Below are positions 56,840-64,000 of a stretch of 64,000 bases of DNA, in pieces (within the stretch, counting starts at the first letter, position 1; every line of letters begins with the position of its first letter). Source of the stretch: Alphaproteobacteria bacterium (lineage in GTDB: Bacteria; Pseudomonadota; Alphaproteobacteria; Bin95); assembly GCA_965202745.1 (NCBI GenBank), contig CBDBCB010000021.1, forward strand, positions 326,295 to 390,294, in the 5' to 3' direction. The translations under genes and the position numbers were made by a program. Below the pieces are notes generated by a model, which had not been told where the DNA came from, searched no databases, and worked only from the letters and a program-made list of their open reading frames with translations.

Positions 56840-57361
56840 ATGCTCAGCCTCTATAATAAGCAGCCGGATGGGCGCCTGTTGACTTTGGCTGCCAGCGTGC
56901 TGGCTGTCTGGCTGATATCGATGGGCAATGCCGACGCGCATGGCGGGGCGAAGGGCATCGTCAAACAGCGCATGAATGCCATGAGCGAGATGAAAGACGC
57001 TATGAAGGCCCTGAAGGCCGCGCTGCCGGATGTGGCTGAGAGCGCTACCGCCCGCCGGCATGGTGTGTTGGCGGCAAAACTGATTCGGGACCGCGCGGGC
57101 AAGCACCTGACCCGCCTGTTTCCGGCAGGCAGCCTGGAAAAATCAAGCGAAGCCACGCCGGTAGTGTGGGAGGAGTGGCCGCGGTTTGAGACCTCAGCAC
57201 TCGAGATGCAGTCGGTGGCCGACGCCCTGGCAGCCCGGTTGGCGCGAAATGCCAATCCCGGCCGCATACCCGCAAACCTGCGCGGCCTTTCCGCCACCGC
57301 GCTTTTTGAGCGGACAGCGGGCACGTGCAAAAGCTGCCACAACGACTTTCGGCAGCGGTGA
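56837..57361 (+). CDS. class II cytochrome c (cytochrome c'/c556-like)
   Basis: Signal peptide, four-helix-bundle-like sequence, and a C-terminal CKSCH heme site. Confidence 0.7.
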   Translation: MMLSLYNKQPDGRLLTLAASVLAVWLISMGNADAHGGAKGIVKQRMNAMSEMKDAMKALKAALPDVAESATARRHGVLAAKLIRDRAGKHLTRLFPAGSLEKSSEATPVVWEEWPRFETSALEMQSVADALAARLARNANPGRIPANLRGLSATALFERTAGTCKSCHNDFRQR

Positions 57362-57488
57362 AGGCTGCATGATTACGCGGATGGCGGCTGCTGGCGGGTA
57401 GTCATTAAGAGATAGACCGGAATTCCGGCAGCAGCGGGATAAGGTCAGTGCCCCCGAAGATACCGGGAAACGCAAATAGAGGGTGCGC

Positions 57489-57923
57489 TCAGTCGGTCCG
57501 GTAGGTGATGTCGAAGCGGAAGCGGGTACGGTTCTCAACCGGGGTGGAGAGCACTTCGCCCTTGGCACCCAGGTACTTGCCGGTGCCGCCGGTGATCACG
57601 ACGCGGGAAGTGCCGGGCTCCACAACTTGTAAGCCGCTGAAGGTCATCTGGCCGTGGTCTGCATGGTTGATGATGAAGTCGCACATGAAGTTGCCCGTCG
57701 CATCCAGGCGGATGCAGAAACCGGCATTGCTGCCGTCCTCTACCTCCAGGGCGGAGTTCCAGACGATCAGGTCGCCCTTCTGGCCCGGCGCGCCATGGGC
57801 GACGAAGCCGTCTTCCGCCGCATTGCTGTAGAGAGTGAGCGGGCGGGGGCCGCGAGCAGGCCTAGAGTCAGAAATAGGACAGCGGTACGGCGCATTGGGG
57901 GTCTCCTGGAAGGAGATCCCCAA
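57489..57923 (-). CDS. hypothetical protein (possible beta-barrel DUF), TTG start lying inside the 45-bp repeat
   Basis: ORF only. The N-terminal 10 codons are encoded by the repeated element at 57907-57950, so the true start may be downstream. Confidence 0.35.
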   Translation of the reverse strand: MGISFQETPNAPYRCPISDSRPARGPRPLTLYSNAAEDGFVAHGAPGQKGDLIVWNSALEVEDGSNAGFCIRLDATGNFMCDFIINHADHGQMTFSGLQVVEPGTSRVVITGGTGKYLGAKGEVLSTPVENRTRFRFDITYRTD

Positions 57924-57962
57924 TGCGCCTGGCGGCGCTTCCGGGACAGGTGGCTGAGGGGC

Positions 57963-59150
57963 TTAGGCCGCCTTCTCGATCGCGATGGCGGTTGCTTCGC
58001 CGCCACCGATGCAGATGCCGGCAACGCCCTTCTGCACGTCATATTTATGCATGGCGTTGACGAGCGTCGTGATAATGCGGGCACCGGACGCGCCAACCGG
58101 ATGGCCGAGAGCGCAGGCCCCACCGTGGACATTGACCTTGTCCGCCGGCAGGTCGAACTCGCGCATGGCGGCCATGGGGACGACGGCGAAGGCCTCGTTG
58201 ATCTCATAGAGACCGACCTCGTCCTTGCTCCAGCCGGTCTTGTCAAACAGCTTCTGCATGGCGCCGACGGGGGCGGTGGTGAACCATTCCGGCTTTTGGG
58301 CGTGGCTGGTGTGGCCGACGATGGTGGCCAGGATGTTCAAGCCGCGCTTCTCCGCTTCGGACCGCTTCATCAGCACCAGGGCCGCTGCGCCGTCGCTAAT
58401 GGAGGAGGAGTTGGCCGGGGTCACCGTGCCGACCTTGGCGAAGGCCGGGCGCAGGCCGGGGATCTTGCCGATGTCGGCGGTAAAGGGCTGCTCGTCAGCC
58501 TTGATCTCCACATCGCCGCGGCGGGTCTTCACGGTGTGGGAGACCATCTCGCCAGCAAAGGTGCCGTCCTCGTTCGCCTTCTTCGCGCGCTGGAGGGAGC
58601 GGATGGCGTACTCATCCTGAGCCTCGCGCGTGAATTGGAAGTGCTGGGCGGTCGCCTCGGCAAAGTGACCCATCAGCGTGCCCGGCTGGTAGGCATCTTC
58701 CAGCCCGTCCAGGAACATGGCGTCCTGGAACTGACCATGGCCCATGCGCATGCCTTCGCGCGCCTTCGGCACCATGTAGGGGATGTTGGTCATGCTCTCG
58801 AAGCCGCCCGCAACCATCACGTCCTGGCTGCCGCCGGCGATCAGGTCATGGGCCAGCATGGTGGCTTTCATGCCAGAGCCGCAGAGCTTGTTGATGGTGG
58901 TCGCGCCCGCGTCGCGCGGAATGGCTGCCAGGTGAGCGGCGATACGGGCCGGCCCCTGCTTCTGGCCGTGGGGCAGCACGCAGCCCATGATGATTTCCTG
59001 CACGTCCTCCGGCTTGACGCCTGCCTTGGCGAGGGCGGCGGCCATGGCGGTGGCGCCCAGTTCCGGGCCGGTGGCGTCCTTCAGGTCGCCCTGAAACGAG
59101 CCCATGGGGGTGCGGGCCATGCCGACGATAACGATGGGATCTGGGAGCAT
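57963..59150 (-). CDS. phaA: acetyl-CoA C-acetyltransferase (thiolase II)
   Basis: 396 aa with the thiolase signatures (NKLCGSGMKA, the catalytic His region HPVGASGARI, and GICIGGGEATA). Confidence 0.9.
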   Translation of the reverse strand: MLPDPIVIVGMARTPMGSFQGDLKDATGPELGATAMAAALAKAGVKPEDVQEIIMGCVLPHGQKQGPARIAAHLAAIPRDAGATTINKLCGSGMKATMLAHDLIAGGSQDVMVAGGFESMTNIPYMVPKAREGMRMGHGQFQDAMFLDGLEDAYQPGTLMGHFAEATAQHFQFTREAQDEYAIRSLQRAKKANEDGTFAGEMVSHTVKTRRGDVEIKADEQPFTADIGKIPGLRPAFAKVGTVTPANSSSISDGAAALVLMKRSEAEKRGLNILATIVGHTSHAQKPEWFTTAPVGAMQKLFDKTGWSKDEVGLYEINEAFAVVPMAAMREFDLPADKVNVHGGACALGHPVGASGARIITTLVNAMHKYDVQKGVAGICIGGGEATAIAIEKAA

Positions 59151-59649
59151 TGGGGAGGTCTCCTGCTTGGTCGAATAGCGGTGAGTTCGGTTATTAGCGG
59201 TCACTATAGAGACGCTGCGCGCGGGCTTAAAGACGCTTGTATCATACGGCATCACTGGGGCCGGGCACAAAAAGAAGGCGGCCCTTGGGGGACCGCCTGT
59301 AGAAGTTCGTGGGAGGAAGATGGTGGGAGGAAATGGGGTCAGGCCTGGCTTAGGCTGCGTGCTGGCCCTTGTGGGCATCGTTGCTGCTGGCTTCACGTTG
59401 GCCCAACGCTTCCATCACCATGTCGGGCAGGTGATAAAGGGTTGAGGCAAACGTCCGGATTGCCTGGCCCTGAAGGCCGCGGCCGCGGGCGATGAGGGCT
59501 TGTTCCTGCTCGAAATTCAGATGGGTCATGAGGTGATCTCCTTTGGGTCTCTGCCGCGATGACTAGGAGATAAGGATTGCCAGTAAATGTTATAATAGGG
59601 GTAATTTAACCGTATTTGTTGCGTTGAACGCAAAGAACGAATGGGTCGG

Positions 59650-60153
59650 TCAGGCTGAAAGGCGCTTGGTGAAGTGGTATTCGATGGACTGGGAGAGGTC
59701 GTGCAGGTTGCGCAATTCGTCGGCCTGGCTGAAGCCCATGGCTCTGTAGAAGGCGTGAGATACGGTGAACCGTGTGTCAGATCAGAGGTCGATAGCGCCG
59801 GCCTGCCATTGCTTTGCCTGGCTTTCCGCCTGGGCGACAAGGCGGCTTGCTACCCCAAGGCTGTGGAGGCACGGATGGACATACATCTTGACCAGTTCGG
59901 CCTGGGCTTCTTGGTTTGCCGGCGTGGGAATAACGCCGACACAGCCGACAACCCACTCGGCCGTGGGGAAGGACTGGGTCGCGACCCAAAAGCGTCCTCC
60001 CCTGGCGGCATAGTGCGAGGAGACCGCGCGGAGGCCGGGCTCCTCACCTGCAATGTCGAGGATGTTGCCTGGGTAGCGCACCCAACATTACGCGATGAGT
60101 GAGACGACCTGGCCGGAGTCAGCGTTGATAGCGGGACGGATGGTGGGGGTCAT
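59650..60153 (-). pseudogene. GNAT-family N-acetyltransferase with two in-frame stops (TAA at 60088-60090, TGA at 59782-59784)
   Basis: MTPTIRPAINADSGQVVSLIA-TAA-CWVRYPGNILDIAGEEPGLRAVSSHYAARGGRFWVA...GAIDL-TGA-SDTRFTVSHAFYRAMGF...EYHF reads in one frame. The TGA sits where LW-DTRF normally has Trp. Confidence 0.7.
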
Positions 60154-60165
60154 GGTTTTGGAATG

Positions 60166-60919
60166 CTACTCGGAATTGGCGGCTACGATCTTGCGTGCGA
60201 CGTCCAGTTCCTCTTCTGATAACCCCTCCGCCCCTTCGCAATCAGTACTAAGCAGGCGACTGGCAATTTTCGCGATGAATACCAGATTTCGGTTCCAAGG
60301 CTTGCCCCAACGGAATTCTGACTCAATCCGCCTAGCGATGCCTTGGGCCACGTAGGGAGGAGCCCTGGGCTCGCACGCTAACTCTCCCAAGTAATCCGCC
60401 AATTCGTGGCTCGCAGCGCGGTCCCATTGTTTGGCCGGTAACAGGCGACTAGCACCTTGCCAAAGAGGCCACTCGTCAGACAATTTCACCGTTTCAGATA
60501 ACTCGCCAAATCTCAGCCTCGCCGGGTCCCGCTGCCTCCCTTCGGGTATCTGTTTCAACCATTGGTCCATGATCCTAGTCTGCCGCCGATCATCAGCTCC
60601 CTTAAACGGGTTGCGGTTTTTGACACCAAAAGCAGCAACCCATTTTAAGTCTGCATATTCAACGCGTGTCAGACTGAAATTGGCGTTGTTGACATAGGGT
60701 CCAATAAGAGAGGCGCGGCGCAAATCTGCAGCCCTAAGGTCGGCACGATAAAGGAATGCTCCCCTCAATTGTGCACCCCGTAAATTGGTGCTCTGCATGT
60801 TCACCTCGGTAATGTCAGCGCCATTCAAGTTCGCCCCCAACATATCTGCCCCTTGCAACTTGGCGCGCCCGAGCTCTGCTCCTTGCAGCGAAGAGTCTCT
60901 TAGATCTGCACCCCTTAGG
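60166..60919 (-). pseudogene. pentapeptide-repeat protein gene, 3' part, separated from its 5' part (63227 to at least 63963) by IS481 copy 3
   Basis: The start ATG and the next two codons are supplied by the IS481 end (CCAGGATGGGACA). Removing the IS and one CCTAAG copy restores ...INTDLRGADLRDSSLQGAELGRAKLQ... in frame. Confidence 0.8.
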
Positions 60920-63220
60920 TGTCCCATCCTGGAAGGTAATATGGCTGTTTCCTTGAAGTGCTTGGTTTAGGTGGTCCAGGTGGAGCGTTAGAATCCAGCG
61001 GCTATTTTCATATCATCACTATGGCATAGTGATGATATATTTGCAAATTCTCTCGGCGTTCGGCCTTTGTGAGCCATGTGAGGTCGGCTCTCATTGTAAT
61101 GTCGCCTCCAGACATCTGATAGGCGCTGAGCTTCCGCAACGCTCCGGAACCAATTCACATTGAGAAGTTCATTTCGGACAGTCCCATTGAACGATTCTAT
61201 GTGCGCGTTATCGGTCGGCGTCCCCGGCCGGGAGAAGTCCATCTTGACCTTGTGAGTGTAGGCCCAGAGATCGACGATCTGACCCGTAAATTCGGCACCA
61301 TTGTCACAAAATATGCGATCTGGCCGACCATGAAGATAGACGAGCTTGTTCAGCACATGAGCCACGTTCTTACCGCGAAGTCTCGGCCCAACCTCAATAG
61401 CTAAAGCTTCTCGTGTAAATATATCAATGACCGTCAAGAAGCGTATCTTTGATCTGTTAGAAAGCCGATCCGACATAAAGTCCATTGACCACGCTGCATT
61501 AGCTTTGGTTGGCAATGGTCGGGCGGATCGATGCGTTGACATCTTTCGCCTGCGAGGTCGTTTGCGCCGTAAACACAGGCCCTCTTCGCGATAAAGGCGA
61601 TATACGACGTGCTTGCCGACATCCCATCCTTCACGCTTGAGCATGATATGGATTCGGCGATAGCCATATCGAATGTGCGTCTGCTGATCTCCCGCATTCT
61701 TTGCCTGAGCGCTGTGCGAGGATCACGTGTCAGCAGCTTGCGCTGAGTGAACCGATGCTGGCGGGTCAGACGGCAGGCTCTCCGCTGGCTGTAACGGTGG
61801 GTCTGCACCACATAATCGACAACCTGTTTCATGAGCGAAGGCCGGGAAACTTTTTTGATAGAACATCTTGCAAGACGGCTTTATCTAAACTCGGCTCAGC
61901 CACCAGCTTCTTTAGCCGCGCGTTCTCGTCAGTTAGCTATTTAAGCTCTCGAACCTGATCCGATTCCAGACCAGCATACTTCTTTTTCCATCTGTAGTAA
62001 GTCTGCTCGGTAATACCCATCTGCCGAGTCAAATCCGCGACAGGCAAGCCCAAATCGACGTGCTTAAGAGCCGCAACAATCTGCTCTGTGGAATATCGTC
62101 TTCTTGTTCGTGCCATTGGGTTTTCTCCTTCTCAAGAAAACCGCTGCAAAACTAACACCAAAATGGGACCACTTTTAAGAGGGCAGGTCATCCTGACCAG
62201 CTCTAGTTTGAGTTTTCGCCATCCCTTCATTGCCTGCAAGGGCGTCTTGCTGCCCAGGGCTGATTGCAGCAGCGGCTGGGTGTAAAGCCAGACATAGCGA
62301 AGCAGCGTGGCTTCCAGAACCTCGCCGGATCGGAAGGGATGGCTCTGCAGAACCTCTTCGATGCGGCCATTGAGCCGTTCGACCATACCGTTGGTCTGAG
62401 GTGACCTAGGCGGCGTCAGGCGATGATCGATATCGAGGGCGGCGCCCCCAGCGTGTCGCATTCATGCGCGCCTGTTGCGGCGCGCTGGCGCAGACCGAAG
62501 AGGCGATCCGTGAACTCTTTTCCATTATCCGGGAGTATGGGGCGGATCCGCATCGGGCAGGCGCGCTCCAGGGCGCGCAGGAAGCGCCGGGCATTGGCCG
62601 CTGTCTTGCTGTTGTAGACCCTGACAACAACCCAACGCGTTGCCCTGTCGATGGCCACGAAGAGGGAACGGCGGCGGCTCTCATCTGCCATCGGTGGCAG
62701 GTATTTCAGGTCGATGGGGATGGAACCGGGTTCATAGGCTTTGAAGGCGCTGTGCTTTGGCCGGGCGATGCTGCTTTCAGGGCGCGCAGGGGCCCCACGC
62801 CATGCCGACGCAAGCAGCGGTCAAGGCCAGAGCGGGAGGCCTTCCGGTTCAAGAACTCGCGCACCACCGCCAGCAGATCATCCAGCGAGACCAAAAGCGT
62901 CTTGCGGAGGGCCACGGCGACAGCTTCCTGCGCTGGCGTCAACGTCGTCTGAAGGCGATGGGGCGTGTGGCTGCGATCCTCCACGCTGGCACGCTGGCGC
63001 CATTTCCATACGGTCTGTTCCGTGGTCCCGTGACGCTCGGCAAGAACCCACGCAGGGTCGTCACTGGCCTGTATGGCCGCCCTGATCTTCGGTGGCGTCG
63101 TCGCCTGACTGTGAAGCTTGATCACCATGTCGCTCTCCCATCCCGCGCCTCGGTCAAAACACAGCGTGCCATGAAAAACGCAGAGCGACGAGGGGCTATC
63201 TAATCAGCCGGGATGGAACA
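60920..63220 (-). mobile_element. IS481-family element copy 3 (~1.06 kb of its own sequence) flanked by a 6-bp target duplication CTTAGG (60914-60919 and 63221-63226), with IS3-family element 2 nested inside at 60954-62190; the IS481 transposase is split into three frames (62132-63128)
   Basis: Ends TGTCCCATCCTGG... (60920) and ...CCGGGATGGAACA (63220) are inverted repeats. ORFs 62706-63128, 62416-62691 and 62132-62461 cover the DDE transposase. Confidence 0.85.
60954..62190 (-). mobile_element. IS3-family element 2 (1237 bp) flanked by a 4-bp duplication TCCT (60950-60953 and 62191-62194); orfA has an in-frame TAG, the A6G slippery site is present, and orfB is split
   Basis: Inverted repeats TGACCTGCCCTCTTAAAAGTGGTCCCA / TGAAGTGCTTGGTTTAGGTGGTCCAGG. 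orfA starts at 62116 (ELK-TAG-LTDENARLKKL). The orfB pieces at 61434-61832 and 60988-61644 carry a DDE core. Confidence 0.8.
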
Positions 63221-63226
63221 CTTAGG

Positions 63227-64000
63227 TCGGTATTGATAAGGCGGGCTCCCATCAGGCGGGCTCCCGAGAAGTGAGCACCTGCTAGCTTTGAGTTTGACAG
63301 GTTTGCGCCGATCAGCTCCGCCGCTATAAGGGTTGAGCCAATCAAGTCCGCATTTGATAGATCGGCATTTGCCAATCTCGTACCGAGCCGCGTTTCCCTC
63401 CCGTGTGCTTTTGCAAGATTCACTGCCTCCATGTTTGACCCATCAAAGACGGTGCGATCTATGTTTGCATTCTCAAGGATAGCACCTCGAAGATTAGCGC
63501 CAACTAGGTTGGCACGCTGAAGGTCAGCACCAATAAAATCGGCACCTTCTATATTTGAGAGAAAAGCTCGAACATCTGTTAGGGTCGCCTCGACAAAATT
63601 GGCACCTTCAAATACTGCATTCTCCATATTGGCATTATTCAGAAGCGCGCCCTTTAGGATTGCCTTGGATGCGGAGGAGTTTGAAAGGTCCGCCTGTCTC
63701 AAGTCCGCTCCATCCAGGTTTGATTCTGCGAGATTCGCGAACCTCAAGTTGGCACCTTGCAAGTTCGCCTTGGACATCGTTGCGCGAGGTAGAGCCGCGA
63801 GTTCGAGATCAACAGTCTGCAAAGCTGCGCCGGCGAGATTGGCCCCATCTAAGCGTGCTTCAGTCAGAACAGCACCACCCAAGATCGCCTGGAACATATC
63901 CGCCTTGCGCATGTCTGCCCGGTCGAAGCGGGCGTAGCGGAGGTCACGACCCCGGAGGACCAATGTCCGGTCTACCTTTGCTAGCTCGTCATCGGTGAAC
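63227..64000 (-). pseudogene. pentapeptide-repeat protein gene, 5' part (continues beyond the window edge); its reading frame runs into the IS481 end and stops at 63196
   Basis: About 250 aa of A(D/N)LxGA-type repeats. The last 7 codons (VPSRLIR) are IS-derived. Confidence 0.8.

Noticed and set aside
59350-59529. 59-codon minus-strand ORF (MTHLNFEQEQALIARGRGLQGQAIRTF...) between phaA and the GNAT pseudogene
   Set aside because: Short, no RBS noted, no recognisable family. Could be a real small protein but there is insufficient support.
1-64000. CRISPR arrays, rRNA genes, prophage structural genes, integrases
   Set aside because: No regularly spaced direct repeats with unique spacers. No rRNA-like conserved blocks. 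No capsid, terminase or tyrosine-recombinase ORFs were found.

Overview
This is a 64-kb window from a high-GC (about 62-64%) alphaproteobacterial replicon. Alphaproteobacterial affiliation is supported by a two-piece (permuted) ssrA gene next to an SspB-alpha-type adaptor, and by DUF1127 and DUF1489-like genes. An fdsGBA-fdhD-fdsD NAD-dependent formate dehydrogenase operon, opgH and thyX are also present. The window is a heavily IS-invaded, decaying accessory region rather than an ordinary core stretch. It holds two near-identical IS256-family copies, three defective copies plus one terminal remnant of an IS481-family element, two IS3-family elements (one nested inside an IS481 copy), one IS21-family element with a frameshifted istA, and one divergent IS256-like element. 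There is an unusually high density of otherwise intact genes carrying in-frame TAG/TAA/TGA codons or single frameshifts: an SCP-type thiolase, a GNAT acetyltransferase, a GMC oxidoreductase, a LysE-family exporter, a MmgE/PrpD-family gene, and the IS21 and IS3 genes. Several insertion events can be reconstructed to the base. One IS481 copy splits a long pentapeptide-repeat gene, flanked by a 6-bp duplication (CCTAAG on the minus strand). An IS3 element is nested inside that IS481 copy, flanked by a 4-bp duplication (TCCT). One IS256 copy sits in the 3' end of a DUF1028 gene, flanked by an 8-bp duplication (TCACCGAC). The second IS256 copy has no duplication and abuts truncated genes on both sides, which indicates an IS-mediated deletion. 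Non-coding structure worth attention includes a pair of inverted ~75-bp homologous blocks, each preceded by 11-bp-phased NTAAAC hexamers, that bracket a 9-kb segment containing tRNA-Thr, thyX, ssrA, sspB and fumA. There are also REP-like 23-bp palindromic units, a repeated ~45-bp element carrying a TTCC-G-GGAA palindrome, a hairpin abutting the ggt ribosome-binding site, and G10 and A8 homopolymer tracts. No CRISPR array, rRNA or clear prophage was seen. The most plausible candidates for an undescribed system are two modules. The first is an HTH / CofC-like guanylyltransferase / PTPS-like / BchC-like Zn-dehydrogenase cluster next to IS debris and upstream of opgH and the fds operon. The second is the IS256-bracketed module: Wzz-like, BY-kinase-like, GGT, LLM oxidoreductase, ThrC-like PLP enzyme, MlrC peptidase and DUF1028. 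Both are function predictions from sequence only.
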